Notes: generated from the letters alone by a model not told the origin. A DNA stretch of 64,000 bases from Gemmatimonadales bacterium (GCA_037189525.1 JBBCJC010000001.1:672001-736000), one strand, 5' to 3'. Numbered from the stretch's first letter, positions 24,536-34,219 are shown. Program-made: numbers and translations.

Positions 24536-26587
24536 TCAGCTGACCGGCCGGCGCTCCACCAGTGTCAGGATCGAGTAGACCGCGCAGACCTCTTTATCCT
24601 GGTTGGTCACCTCGACGTCCCATTCCACCACGCCTTGCGGCACCCCGTCGGGCGGGGTCTCCTTGAGCGTCTTCTGCTTGGCGGTGAAGCGAACGGCAAT
24701 CGTGTCGCCCGGGTAGACGGGCTTGGTGAAGCGCAACCGCTCGAGCCCGTAGTTGGCAAGGACGGGACCCTTGGGCGGATAGACGAAGAGGCCGGCAGCT
24801 GCGGAGAGCACGAAGTAGCCGTGCGCCACCCGCTTCCCGAAGAGCGGCGACTCTTTGGCCGCGATCTCGTCGGTGTGGGCATAGAAGTAGTCGCCCGAGA
24901 TCCCGGCAAAGTTCACCACATCGGCTTCGGTGACCGTGCGGCGATGCGTGAAGAGCGTGTCGCCGATCTCGATGTCGTCGAAATATTTCGAGAAGGGATG
25001 CGCCACGTCGGTCGGCGTGTTGGCGCCCTTCATCCAGAGATTGGTGATCCGGGTCAGGGTCTCGGGCGAACCCTGGATCGCGGTCCGCTGCAGGTAGTGC
25101 ATCACCCCGCGGATACCGCCCATCTCCTCGCCGCCGCCCGCGCGACCAGGACCGCCGTGAATCAGGTGCGGCATCGGCGATCCGTGCCCGGTCGATTCCC
25201 CGGCCGAGTGACGGTTGATCACGAGCAACCGACCGTGATAGGCGGCGGTGCCCAGCACGATCTCACGAGCCACCCGATCATCGGCCGTAAAGAGGGAGCC
25301 GACCAGACTGCCCTTGCCGCGCTTGGTCAGCTCGACGGCCTCGTCGAGCGTCCGGTATCCCATCACGGTATTGACGGGACCGAACGCTTCGACATCGTGG
25401 ACGTAGCTGCTGCCGAGCGGGTCGGCGCAATGCAACAGGACCGGGGCAAAGAACGCGCCCTTATTCTTGTCTGCCCCCTTCACGGCAAAGTCGTCGAGGC
25501 TGCCGTACGCTACAGTCGCTGCGGACGTGAGCAACTCGACATTCTTCCGGACCTCGGCCACCTGCCCCCTGGTTGCGAGAGGACCCATCCGAACGCCTTC
25601 GACCGAGGGGTCGCCCAGGACGGCGCCGCCGAGCCGTTTACCGAGCGCCTCGATCACGGCGCCGACCAGCGGTTCGGGCACGAAGGTGCGGCGAATGGCG
25701 GTACAGCGCTGCCCCGACTTGAGCGTCATTTCCCGAGCGACTTCTTTGATGAACAAGTCGAACTCGGGTGTGCCCGGCGCGTCGTTCGGCCCCAACATGC
25801 AGAAGTTGAGCGAATCCGCCTCCATGTTGAAGCGGATCGACTCCTCGATGATCTTGGGATGCGCGCGCAGCTTGCGACCGGTTGCCGCGGAACCGGTAAA
25901 GGTCACCACGTCCTGCAGCGTCAGGTGATCGAAGAGGTCGCCCACCCCGCCCACGATCAGCTGCAGCGCACCTTCCGGCAGCAGCTTCGACTCGATGATG
26001 GCCCGCACGACCGCTTCGGTCAGAAAACTCGTCGCGGTTGCCGGCTTGACGATGGACGGCATGCCGCCCAGGAAGGTCGGCGCCAGTTTTTCCAGCATGC
26101 CCCAGACGGGGAAATTGTAGGCGTTGATATGGACCGCCACGCCTTCGAGCGGCACGGCGATGTGCCGGCCGACGAAAGTTCCGCCTTTGGAGAGCGGCTC
26201 CAGATCACCGTCGATGTAGAAGGTCTCGTCGGGGAGTTCGCGCCGGCCCTTGCTGGCAAAGGTGAAGAGCGTGCCGAAGCCGCCTTCGATATCGACCCAG
26301 GAATCGTTCCGGGTGGCGCCGGTGGCTTTGGAGATCTCGTAGAACTCCTCTTTCCGCTCCATCAGATACTGAGCCAGGGCTTTGATCATCCGGGCGCGCT
26401 CATGGAACGTCATCTTGCGCAGCACCGGCCCGCCCACGCGGCGGCCGTACTCGAGCATCGTTTTGAAGTCGAGCCCTTCGCTGGATGCCTGGGCTACCGG
26501 CTCACCGGTGACGGCGTGCACCAGCGTGGCGGCTTTCCCCGTTCCGGCCACCCACTGTCCCTGCGCATAAGAAGTCAGCGTACGCAC
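24536..26587 (-). CDS. paaZ: Bifunctional oxepin-CoA hydrolase / aldehyde dehydrogenase PaaZ
   Basis: ALDH domain (HINAYNFPVWGMLEK, MEADSLN, GQRCTAIRR) plus MaoC domain (GDYFYAH, RVAHGYF). Confidence 0.95.
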   Translation of the reverse strand: MRTLTSYAQGQWVAGTGKAATLVHAVTGEPVAQASSEGLDFKTMLEYGRRVGGPVLRKMTFHERARMIKALAQYLMERKEEFYEISKATGATRNDSWVDIEGGFGTLFTFASKGRRELPDETFYIDGDLEPLSKGGTFVGRHIAVPLEGVAVHINAYNFPVWGMLEKLAPTFLGGMPSIVKPATATSFLTEAVVRAIIESKLLPEGALQLIVGGVGDLFDHLTLQDVVTFTGSAATGRKLRAHPKIIEESIRFNMEADSLNFCMLGPNDAPGTPEFDLFIKEVAREMTLKSGQRCTAIRRTFVPEPLVGAVIEALGKRLGGAVLGDPSVEGVRMGPLATRGQVAEVRKNVELLTSAATVAYGSLDDFAVKGADKNKGAFFAPVLLHCADPLGSSYVHDVEAFGPVNTVMGYRTLDEAVELTKRGKGSLVGSLFTADDRVAREIVLGTAAYHGRLLVINRHSAGESTGHGSPMPHLIHGGPGRAGGGEEMGGIRGVMHYLQRTAIQGSPETLTRITNLWMKGANTPTDVAHPFSKYFDDIEIGDTLFTHRRTVTEADVVNFAGISGDYFYAHTDEIAAKESPLFGKRVAHGYFVLSAAAGLFVYPPKGPVLANYGLERLRFTKPVYPGDTIAVRFTAKQKTLKETPPDGVPQGVVEWDVEVTNQDKEVCAVYSILTLVERRPVS

Positions 26588-26642
26588 CGATCACTCCTCG
26601 AATTGACGGGTCCGTCGCCCGGGGCGACGCACCACTGCGGCG

Positions 26643-27227
26643 TCAGGCCGCGTGATCCGCACCGAGCGCCCGGAGGGTGAGCGCGGCAAAATGATCGGCC
26701 ACCTCGTCGATCGTGAGCGAGGCGGCCGGTTTGAACCACTGATAACTCCAGTTGAGCACGGAGAGCACGTAGATCGCCGCCAGTTTGGCGTCGGCGACGC
26801 GAAAGACGCCCTCGGTGATGCCCTGATCGATGGTACGGCGAAAGATGGCCTCGTACGCATCACGACGGCGCGCGATTTCCCGACGACGGGAATCCGAGAG
26901 GCATTGCCATTCATTCGAAAATACGGTCGCGGACGACAACTCGGCCGCGACCGTCTCGAGATGGCTCCGAATCAGGCGACCGAGCCTGCTCACCGGGTTC
27001 GGGTCGTCAGCCACGGCGTCGGCCGACCGCTGAAACCGGGCCGCAATCCGGTCGACGATCTGCCAGAGGAGGTCTTCCTTGGACTCGATGTGGGCGTAGA
27101 GACTGCCGCCCTGAACGTCGAGTTCGCGGGCCAGATCGCGCACGGTGGTTCCGTGGTAGCCCCGGCGGCTGAACATGGCGCCGGCCGCCTGCAATAACTC
27201 TTCTTTACGTGTGATGGTCGTGCTCAT
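26643..27227 (-). CDS. TetR-family regulator (PaaR/KstR2-like)
   Basis: FSRRGYHGTTVRDLA...SLYAHIESKEDLL; LNWSYQWFKP; directly upstream of paaZ. Confidence 0.9.
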   Translation of the reverse strand: MSTTITRKEELLQAAGAMFSRRGYHGTTVRDLARELDVQGGSLYAHIESKEDLLWQIVDRIAARFQRSADAVADDPNPVSRLGRLIRSHLETVAAELSSATVFSNEWQCLSDSRRREIARRRDAYEAIFRRTIDQGITEGVFRVADAKLAAIYVLSVLNWSYQWFKPAASLTIDEVADHFAALTLRALGADHAA

Positions 27228-27269
27228 CCGAGGCCTCCGCCAGGGCGGAATGTAGGGTCGGCAGTCGAC

Positions 27270-27285
27270 CCAAACAAGCGTTTGG
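27270..27285. promoter_or_regulatory. Palindromic TetR operator
   Basis: CCAAAC-AAGC-GTTTGG about 45 nt upstream of the tetR start; one mismatch to the Thermus PaaR consensus CNAACGNNCGTTNG as I recall it. Confidence 0.65.
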
Positions 27286-27391
27286 TAGTAGACCGGACGG
27301 CTGGGACCCTCGCGGACTATGAAGCGTCCGGTAGGTCGCCTGGAGCGGTTCGGTCACCAATCCGACCGGAGTGGCACTTCGCGTTGCGCGG

Positions 27392-27799
27392 CTACCGGAA
27401 GAGGAGCGACATCAGGCCGAGCGGCTGGCGCGCCCGCGCCGTGAGGATCACGCTGCCGTAGCAGGTCAACGCGGCGACGAATGCCAGCGCCTGGACGGTG
27501 CGCGTCCGGCCCCGATCCAGAGTCAGGAGACCAAACAGGATATAGAGGACAATCAGGCTCAGTTTTGCCAGCAGCCAGGGCGTCCTGCTCGGCTCGATGC
27601 GCAGAATCACGAGCAACAGGAGCGCCGTCAGCAATAGCGCCGTATCGAGGAGATGACTCACTCGGCGCGCCAGCCGGTCCAGCGACGTGGCGACTCCGAG
27701 CAACATCCCGACCCCGCGGCAGAGGAACAACGCGCCGCTGGTCAGGGCCAGGCTCACATGCGCCGTGCGGATGAAGGGATACAACTCGGCGAGCGTCAT
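27392..27799 (-). CDS. SirB2-family membrane protein
   Basis: HVSLALTSGALFLCRG, SHLLDTALLLTAL, WLLAKL..LYILFG. Confidence 0.85.
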   Translation of the reverse strand: MTLAELYPFIRTAHVSLALTSGALFLCRGVGMLLGVATSLDRLARRVSHLLDTALLLTALLLLVILRIEPSRTPWLLAKLSLIVLYILFGLLTLDRGRTRTVQALAFVAALTCYGSVILTARARQPLGLMSLLFR

Positions 27800-27811
27800 A
27801 GGACCCGGGAA

Positions 27812-28252
27812 CTACCAGTGCAGGTAGAGCATCGCTTTGGCGAGGACGACGATCAGCAGCACGTGGCAGAAGACGCTCAGATGCAGCCGCTTGGAGCGCA
27901 CACCGGAGAGCATCCCACGCCGCCGCCAGGTCATGGCCGTGGCGAAATGACCGAACACACTGATGGCCAGCAGGATTTTGATGCTGAGCAGCAGGCCGAG
28001 ACTACTGTCGAACGGCCGAGCCAGCGCCGCGCGATATCCCCAGGCCAGGCCAATACCAGCCGTGAACAACACCAGCAGGACCCAGGGCATGATGGCGACG
28101 GCGCGGCGGCCTATCGTCCGCTCCACTTCGCGCACCAACTCCCGTGGCAGATGCTTGCGGACCGCGTCGAGCATCACCACCTCGAAGAACACCGTACCCG
28201 CGAAGACAATGGCCGCGAGCAGATGGAGGGTAACGAGGATGCCGCGATTCAT
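27812..28252 (-). CDS. CopD-like four-helix membrane protein
   Basis: LHLLAAIVFAGTVFFEV, LLSIKILLA..GHF, HLSVFCH..LAKAM. Confidence 0.75.
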   Translation of the reverse strand: MNRGILVTLHLLAAIVFAGTVFFEVVMLDAVRKHLPRELVREVERTIGRRAVAIMPWVLLVLFTAGIGLAWGYRAALARPFDSSLGLLLSIKILLAISVFGHFATAMTWRRRGMLSGVRSKRLHLSVFCHVLLIVVLAKAMLYLHW

Positions 28253-28701
28253 GAGGCCCGACGCCGCTCCAGGCGAACGCGTTGCCCCGGCGACGGAGGA
28301 CCCCGATCAACCAGCAGGTCGGCCAGTGTGAAGCCGTCCAGGTGCGACAGGAATCCCCGCATGGCTCCGTCGAGCACTCCGGCAAGCCGGCAGTCGCCTG
28401 TCAGGGTACAGCGGTTGCCGCTTCCCCAGCACTCCACCAGGTCGAAATCGGGCTCGACGCTGCGCACCACGGCGCCCAGGTTGATGGCGTCGGGCGCCGC
28501 GCCGAGCCGCATGCCGCCGCCCTTGCCACGCACGGTCTCGATCCACCGCTGGCGACCCAACCGGTGCGTCACCTTCATCAGGTGCGCTTCGGAAATGCCA
28601 TATGCCTGGGCAATCTCTGCGATGGTGCAGAGCCGCTCCGGTCGCTGCGCAACGTAGATCAGGAGGCGCAGCGAGAAATCAGTCATCGCGGTCAGGCGCA
28701 T
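28249..28701 (-). CDS. nsrR: Rrf2-family NO-responsive repressor NsrR
   Basis: MRLTAMTDFSLRLLIY, HLMKV, RGKGGG; three cluster-ligand Cys in LVECW...RCTL..DCRL. Confidence 0.9.
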   Translation of the reverse strand: MRLTAMTDFSLRLLIYVAQRPERLCTIAEIAQAYGISEAHLMKVTHRLGRQRWIETVRGKGGGMRLGAAPDAINLGAVVRSVEPDFDLVECWGSGNRCTLTGDCRLAGVLDGAMRGFLSHLDGFTLADLLVDRGPPSPGQRVRLERRRAS

Positions 28702-28719
28702 CTGCGGATCACCAACCGG

Positions 28720-29124
28720 TCAGTCGTACACCAGGGTCGACGGAATTCCTCCCGGACGGCGCCGCGCCTGATATCCCATCCAGAGGCTCTGGGCAATCCG
28801 CTCGGCGAAAGACAAGGCCTGCAGCGCCATGGCCTGATTGGGCTGCGCAGCCGTCGTTTCGCGAAAGAGCGCCACCCAGCGCTGGAATAACTCGGCGGTC
28901 AAACCCGGAAGCACCGCGTGCTTCGGCATGGGCGCGCCCGCGAACCGGCCGGTGTGCAGCAGGAGGGCCGACCAGAAGTCGACCATCACGCCCAGATGGC
29001 GGTCCCAATTGCTGATGTGGGCATCGAAGATGGGGCCGAGCGCCTCATCTTCCCGGATCCGGCCGTAAAAATCGTGAACCAGACGGGTGATCTCGTCTTC
29101 GGTGCAAAGTGCGGTGGCAGACAT
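28720..29124 (-). CDS. Group III truncated hemoglobin
   Basis: LVHDFYGRIRED..LGPIF, WDRHL..MVDFWS, PMPKH, FQRWVALF, AERIAQSL; RBS GGAGAGGG. Confidence 0.92.
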   Translation of the reverse strand: MSATALCTEDEITRLVHDFYGRIREDEALGPIFDAHISNWDRHLGVMVDFWSALLLHTGRFAGAPMPKHAVLPGLTAELFQRWVALFRETTAAQPNQAMALQALSFAERIAQSLWMGYQARRRPGGIPSTLVYD

Positions 29125-29152
29125 CGACAATCCCTCTCCGGGCGTCGCGGAT

Positions 29153-29175
29153 AAGATCTATTTCAAATACATCTT
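29153..29175. promoter_or_regulatory. NsrR box
   Basis: AAGATCTATTT-C-AAATACATCTT, an 11-1-11 inverted repeat with one mismatch, matching the proteobacterial NsrR consensus; upstream of the globin-nsrR operon. Confidence 0.88.
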
Positions 29176-29248
29176 TTAAGGTGTGGGAGACGGCGTTCGA
29201 AGTCAATCTCCTAGAGTTGGGGCGCCATGGCCGAACAGCAGGCTCGCG

Positions 29249-30061
29249 TCAGGTATCCGGCCAGTAGTGGGAATCCGGCAGCGCACGCGGTCCGAAGATC
29301 GCCTGGCCGACCCGGACCGTGGTGGCGCCTTCCTCGACGGCGATCTCGAAATCACCCGACATCCCCATCGACAGCTCGTCCAGGCCGAACCCGTCGATAG
29401 CAGCGTCCCGGAGCTGGTCGCGGAGCACGCGAAGGCGGCGGAAACAGGCCCGTACCTGGTCCTGATCCGCCGAAAACACGGCGAGCGTCATCAGCCCGCG
29501 TACCCGCAGCCTCGAATACGCCGGGAGCGCGCGCAGCAACGGCAAGGCCGCGTCCGGTTCGACGCCGAATTTGCTCGATTCACCCGAGGTATTGACCTGA
29601 ACCAGTACGTCCAGGGTCCGGTCTTCCAGTTCGAGCCGCCGTTGCAGGGCGTCGGCGAGCCGGAGCCGGTCCAGCGCCTGGAACTCGCTCGCAAAGCGGG
29701 CTACGACTCCCGCCTTGTTGCGCTGCAGATGCCCGATGATGACCCACCGCGGCGACAGATCGGCCAGTTCCCGGGATTTCCGCTCCGCTTCCTGGACCAT
29801 GTTCTCGCCGAGTTCGGTGCAGCCCGCGGCGATGGCCGCGCGCAGCCGCTCGGCCGGAATGGTCTTCGACACCGGCAGCAGGCGGACCGACGCCGGGTCG
29901 CGACCCGCTCGTGCGCAGGCAGCGTCAATCCGTTCTCGGACCTGGATCAGACGCCCGGCAAAATCCCGGACGAGCGAGGCGTCCGGCGGAGGCGGACCGC
30001 CGAACAGGAGATGCTCGAACTCGTGCATGTAACAGGGCGGTGAGCCGAAGTCGTCGGTCAT
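29249..30061 (-). CDS. yggS: YggS-family PLP homeostasis protein with N-terminal extension
   Basis: LLPVSKT (PLP lysine), LGENMVQEA, IGHLQRNK, QVNTSGESSKFG, LSMGMSGDFE..VRVGQAIFG. Confidence 0.93.
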   Translation of the reverse strand: MTDDFGSPPCYMHEFEHLLFGGPPPPDASLVRDFAGRLIQVRERIDAACARAGRDPASVRLLPVSKTIPAERLRAAIAAGCTELGENMVQEAERKSRELADLSPRWVIIGHLQRNKAGVVARFASEFQALDRLRLADALQRRLELEDRTLDVLVQVNTSGESSKFGVEPDAALPLLRALPAYSRLRVRGLMTLAVFSADQDQVRACFRRLRVLRDQLRDAAIDGFGLDELSMGMSGDFEIAVEEGATTVRVGQAIFGPRALPDSHYWPDT

Positions 30062-30065
30062 CGCG

Positions 30066-30644
30066 TCACGCGCTCTGCGCGGCTGGCATGGTCCATTCCC
30101 GGCAGAGCCGCACCGTCTGCTCCTCGGCCAGGGGCTCGCGCGTCAGGCCACAGCGGCTACCATCGGCTTCGCGCAGGTAGTGCGCGCAATGGTGGCAGAT
30201 CCCGAAGGGACGCTGGCCGTTCCGCCGCTGCAATCCAGTCAGCAGGCCACGGAGCGTATCCTCCAGTTGCCCGGCCAGCATCGGTGCCGCGGCCAGCTCG
30301 GCGTCCAGGTCCTTGGTCCAGCTGTCTTCCAGAACGGCGCGGCCGGCCGGCGTGAGCAGGAGCTGCACCCGGCGACCGTGACGTTCATCGGGCTTCTTCT
30401 CGATCAGGCCCTTTCGCTCCAACACCGCCAGGGACTGCGATACCGTGCCGCGGGTCAGACCGAAATACTCGGCGATGGCAATCGGGATATCGCTGTACCG
30501 ATTGGCCCGGGCCAGGTAGCTCAGGACCTGGACGTGGATCGGCAACAGGCCGTGGCGCGCGGCATCGTCACGCGTCGATTGGTGGATCAACGCGCCGAGT
30601 CGTTCGAGCAGCAACAAAGAGCCGTTCATGGCAGCCGGGGTCAC
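30066..30644 (-). CDS. MarR-family regulator with Cys-rich C-terminal domain
   Basis: wHTH (GLTRGTVSQSL, DERHGR..LTPAG); tail CHHCAH...RCGLT...LCRE; start may be ATG 30629. Confidence 0.88.
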   Translation of the reverse strand: MTPAAMNGSLLLLERLGALIHQSTRDDAARHGLLPIHVQVLSYLARANRYSDIPIAIAEYFGLTRGTVSQSLAVLERKGLIEKKPDERHGRRVQLLLTPAGRAVLEDSWTKDLDAELAAAPMLAGQLEDTLRGLLTGLQRRNGQRPFGICHHCAHYLREADGSRCGLTREPLAEEQTVRLCREWTMPAAQSA

Positions 30645-30663
30645 TCCCTTCTTGACGACCGGA

Positions 30664-30704
30664 ATGTATCGACTCTATACTTAAAATGTATTTAGTCGAT
30701 ACAT
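30664..30704. promoter_or_regulatory. Inverted-repeat operator between divergent marR and thioredoxin genes
   Basis: ATGTATCGACT-N19-AGTCGATACAT, a perfect 11-bp inverted repeat in an AT-rich spacer. Confidence 0.75.
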
Positions 30705-30726
30705 AAATAACTCTCAGGAGGTCCTC

Positions 30727-30960
30727 ATGAGCAAGGTCCAGTTCTTTCACGCCGGATGCCCGGTGTGCGTCTCCGCCGAGCAGCAGTTCGCCAATGCCCT
30801 GGATCCGGCCCGTTACGACGTCGAGATCGTCCACCTGGGCGAACAGAAGAACCGGGTTGCCGAGGCCGAGGGGTTCGGGGTCAAGTCGGTCCCGGCCCTG
30901 GTGATCGACGGGACGCCTTTCCATATCAACTTCGGGGCGGCCATCGCGGATTTGAAGTGA
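30727..30960 (+). CDS. Small thioredoxin/glutaredoxin-like protein
   Basis: AGGAGG RBS; CPVC; GVKSVPALVIDG cis-Pro motif. Confidence 0.88.
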   Translation: MSKVQFFHAGCPVCVSAEQQFANALDPARYDVEIVHLGEQKNRVAEAEGFGVKSVPALVIDGTPFHINFGAAIADLK

Positions 30961-31451
30961 TGCGACCCGTTTCGCGGCCCGCCGACGGCGCTCCCGACTG
31001 GCACGTCAGCCAGTGGTTCAACACGCCGGTTACGCTCGACCTTGTCGCCCTCCGCGGCAAGGTCGTCGTGCTCCATGCCTTCCAGATGCTGTGTCCGGGC
31101 TGCGTCAGCCACGCCATTCCACAGGCGGAGCGGATCCATCGTCTTTTCTCGGACGAGGGCGTGGCGGTCGTCGGCCTCCATACGGTCTTCGAGCATCATG
31201 CGGCCATGCAGCCGGTGTCGCTGGAGGCCTTTCTGCACGAGTACCGTATCACCCATCCCGTTGGAGTCGACCTGGCGGTGCCCGGCCAACCGATTCCCAC
31301 GACCATGCAACGGTATCGGATGCAGGGCACACCGACCCTGATCCTGATCGATCGCGCGGGCCGGTTGCGGCTGCAGCACTTCGGCCGCATCGACGACCTG
31401 GCGGCGGGCGCGGAAATCATGCGCCTCGTCGCGGAAACGCCGAGCAGCTAG
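30960..31451 (+). CDS. Redoxin / TlpA-like thioredoxin-fold protein
   Basis: TGATG overlap; LRGKVVVLHAFQMLCPGC, GLHTVFEHH, QGTPTLILIDRAG. Confidence 0.88.
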   Translation: MRPVSRPADGAPDWHVSQWFNTPVTLDLVALRGKVVVLHAFQMLCPGCVSHAIPQAERIHRLFSDEGVAVVGLHTVFEHHAAMQPVSLEAFLHEYRITHPVGVDLAVPGQPIPTTMQRYRMQGTPTLILIDRAGRLRLQHFGRIDDLAAGAEIMRLVAETPSS

Positions 31452-31461
31452 TCCCAGTTGC

Positions 31462-32712
31462 TCAGCGGTGCCGGCCGGCTGCCGTCATGATCTCGCGGAG
31501 CCGGTCGTGCGGCAGCTCCGGCACCCGAAGGCCGTCCGCGCCAATCATGGTTTCGGCGGCGACCATCGCATTCAGGATCGACTCCTCGGTGGCCTGCACG
31601 GTCGCTTCGAAGAGCGGGTTCATCAGCGAGTTGGGCACCATCTCGAGCGCCACCACCGAGTCGCCTCGGCCGATGGAGCGATTCGCGGTCGAGAAGGCCA
31701 GGAAGATGTCGCCCGAGGAATTCTCACCCAGGCCGCCCATCCGCCCGATCGCCAGCGCGACCCGCCGGGTGAGCCGCTGCAGTTGGTGCGGAAGCAGCGG
31801 CGCATCGGTCGCCACGACCACGATGATCGAACCGGCTCCGTCGTCGAGCGGCCCCGGCATCCCGGGTCGAGTCGAGCCGGAAGGTCCGCACTCGGGAATC
31901 CGTCCGGCAAAACGGGTAGCGGAATCGGGCTTGATCGTGAAGCAGATGCCCAGTTCGGAGTTGGGAATCGCCTCGCCGACCGGTACCCCATCGACCCGGA
32001 ACCGCGGCCGCGCGCCATAGTTGCACTGGGCTAGCACACCAAGCGTATAGCTCCCGCCGCCGACATTGATGACGCGTGATGCGGTACCGATCCCTGCCTT
32101 GAATCCATGGCAGATCATGCCTGTCCCGCCCCCGACATTGCCTTCGGCCACCGGTCCGCTCTTCGCCGCATCGAGCGCGGCAAGCACATGCGGCCGCTGG
32201 ACATGGAAACCGTTCATGTCGTTGAGGAGAGCGTCGGCTGTTTCGGCCACTACCGGCAACGCAAAGGAAAAACCGGGGCGGTGACCCAGCATCCACTCGA
32301 CGGCCGCGTCGCGCGCCACGCCAACGCTGTGGGTGTTGGTGATCAGGACCGGTGTGTCGAGAATGCCCGACTCTTCCAGCCACGCGACACCGGTCATCTC
32401 GCCGTTGCCGTTCAGTCGATACCAGGAAGCGAAGGTGCTGTCCGGCCCCGCCTGCCCCCGCGGCAGGATGGCCGTCACCCCGGTGCGCACCGGGCCTTTG
32501 CCTCTGACCAGCCGGCCGGACCCTTCGATGATGGTGGTGTGTCCGACGGCGACACCCGCGACATCGGTGATGGCATTGAGCGGCCCCGGCGTTCCCGGCA
32601 ACACCACGCCGAGATCCCGGGCACGGACTCCGGGCTGAGCCAAGGCGGGGGCTGACATCAGCAGCACGACAGCGAGGCCCGGCAGGCTGCGCCGGAGAGC
32701 GGTCAACGACAT
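31462..32712 (-). CDS. DmpA/P1-family aminopeptidase, secreted
   Basis: RARDLG, NAITDVAGV.VGH, GNVGGGTGM, autoproteolysis site G-SIIVVVATDAP. Confidence 0.92.
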   Translation of the reverse strand: MSLTALRRSLPGLAVVLLMSAPALAQPGVRARDLGVVLPGTPGPLNAITDVAGVAVGHTTIIEGSGRLVRGKGPVRTGVTAILPRGQAGPDSTFASWYRLNGNGEMTGVAWLEESGILDTPVLITNTHSVGVARDAAVEWMLGHRPGFSFALPVVAETADALLNDMNGFHVQRPHVLAALDAAKSGPVAEGNVGGGTGMICHGFKAGIGTASRVINVGGGSYTLGVLAQCNYGARPRFRVDGVPVGEAIPNSELGICFTIKPDSATRFAGRIPECGPSGSTRPGMPGPLDDGAGSIIVVVATDAPLLPHQLQRLTRRVALAIGRMGGLGENSSGDIFLAFSTANRSIGRGDSVVALEMVPNSLMNPLFEATVQATEESILNAMVAAETMIGADGLRVPELPHDRLREIMTAAGRHR

Positions 32713-32911
32713 CGATGACTCCAGGAATGGACGGTGCAGAATCTAGCCGGGAATCGGTGGTTCTAAATCCGCGGCGAAGCCAGGACCTCGTCTTGACAGG
32801 GGCAGATCCATCGAGCAAGCTACCCACGTTACAGATCCGTCGGCCTTCGCGCCAATCAGGTCCCAATCCGTTCGCGGTTCGCGCCGCGGGCATCCATCAC
32901 GTCAGGACATC

Positions 32912-34219
32912 ATGATCCGATCACTTGCAAGCGTGCTGACTCTCGCGACCGTGTTCGGTCTCGGGACACTCGACGCCCAGGACCGCCCCAGGGCATTTCG
33001 GGGCGCTCACATCATCCCCATTGCCGGGCCGGAAATCCCGAACGGCGTGCTGATCGTTCAGGGCGGTAAGATCACCGCCGTCGGCGCCGCTGGCTCGGTT
33101 TCGATCCCCTCCGGGGCCGAGGTCGTCGATGTCTCCGGTAAAGTCATCATGCCAGGCCTGGTCGACACCCATTCACACCTGGGGAGTGGCGACGGGGGCG
33201 ACCGCTCCTCCAGTCTCCACTCCGATGTTCGGATTCTGGATGCGATGGACGCGGCCGACCCCGGATTTCAGCGGGCGCGCGCCGGCGGACTCACGACCAT
33301 CAACGTCATGCCGGGTTCGGGCCTGCTGATCAGCGGACAGACCGCGTACATCAAACTCAAGCAGGGCCGAATCATTACCGATCTGCTGTACTGCAGCGAT
33401 CCGATCACGGAGATCTGCGGCGGACTCAAGATGGCCAACGGCACCAACCCGCGCGGCACTCCCCCGGCGCCGGGTACCCGGGCCAAGGCAGCTGCGCTGG
33501 TGCGCGCCAAGTTCGTCGCTGCGCAGGAGTATCGCGATAAGATCCGGGCGGCCGGCAGCGACTCCAGCAAGCGGCCCCGGCGCGACCTGGAACTCGAGAC
33601 CCTCGCGGACGTGCTGGACGGGCGGCGAACGGTCCACTTCCACACCCACCGGCACGACGATATCCTCACCGTGCTCCGTCTCAAGCAGGAGTTCGGATTC
33701 CGGCTGGTGCTGCAGCACGTGAGTGAGGGCTGGAAGGTTGCGAAGGAAATCGCGGAAGCCAAAGTACCTGCCTCGGTCATCATGATCGATGCGCCGGGCG
33801 GCAAACTCGAGGCGGTCGGGATGAGCCTGACCACGCCGTTCGTGATCGACAGCGCGGGCGCCCTGGTCGGCTTCCACACCGACGACGGTATTACCGATTC
33901 ACGCTTCTTCCTCCGCTCGGCGGGCCTGGCCGTACGCGCCGGGATGCCGCGCACCAAGGCACTGCACGCCATGACGCTGGCCGGCGCCATCATGCTCGAC
34001 CTGGACAAGCGGGTCGGCAGCCTCGAACGGGGCAAGGACGCCGACTTCATCATCCTCTCGGGCGATCCGCTGTCTGTCTACTCCCACGTCGAGCAGACCT
34101 GGGTACTCGGCAACAAAGTCTTCGATCTGTCCGACCCGAAAGACCGCGTCTTTGCCTATGGCGGCCGCGGCTCCAACTCTGCGGGCAGCATCCTGCACGT
34201 TCACGAGGACCACGACTGA
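32912..34219 (+). CDS. Secreted metal-dependent amidohydrolase (active-type subunit)
   Basis: PGLVDTHSH, LKMANG, FHTHR, LQH, HTDD, VGSLERGKDAD. Confidence 0.9.
   Translation: MIRSLASVLTLATVFGLGTLDAQDRPRAFRGAHIIPIAGPEIPNGVLIVQGGKITAVGAAGSVSIPSGAEVVDVSGKVIMPGLVDTHSHLGSGDGGDRSSSLHSDVRILDAMDAADPGFQRARAGGLTTINVMPGSGLLISGQTAYIKLKQGRIITDLLYCSDPITEICGGLKMANGTNPRGTPPAPGTRAKAAALVRAKFVAAQEYRDKIRAAGSDSSKRPRRDLELETLADVLDGRRTVHFHTHRHDDILTVLRLKQEFGFRLVLQHVSEGWKVAKEIAEAKVPASVIMIDAPGGKLEAVGMSLTTPFVIDSAGALVGFHTDDGITDSRFFLRSAGLAVRAGMPRTKALHAMTLAGAIMLDLDKRVGSLERGKDADFIILSGDPLSVYSHVEQTWVLGNKVFDLSDPKDRVFAYGGRGSNSAGSILHVHEDHD

Noticed and set aside
24464..26680. 738-aa plus-strand ORF
   Set aside because: Antisense shadow of paaZ.
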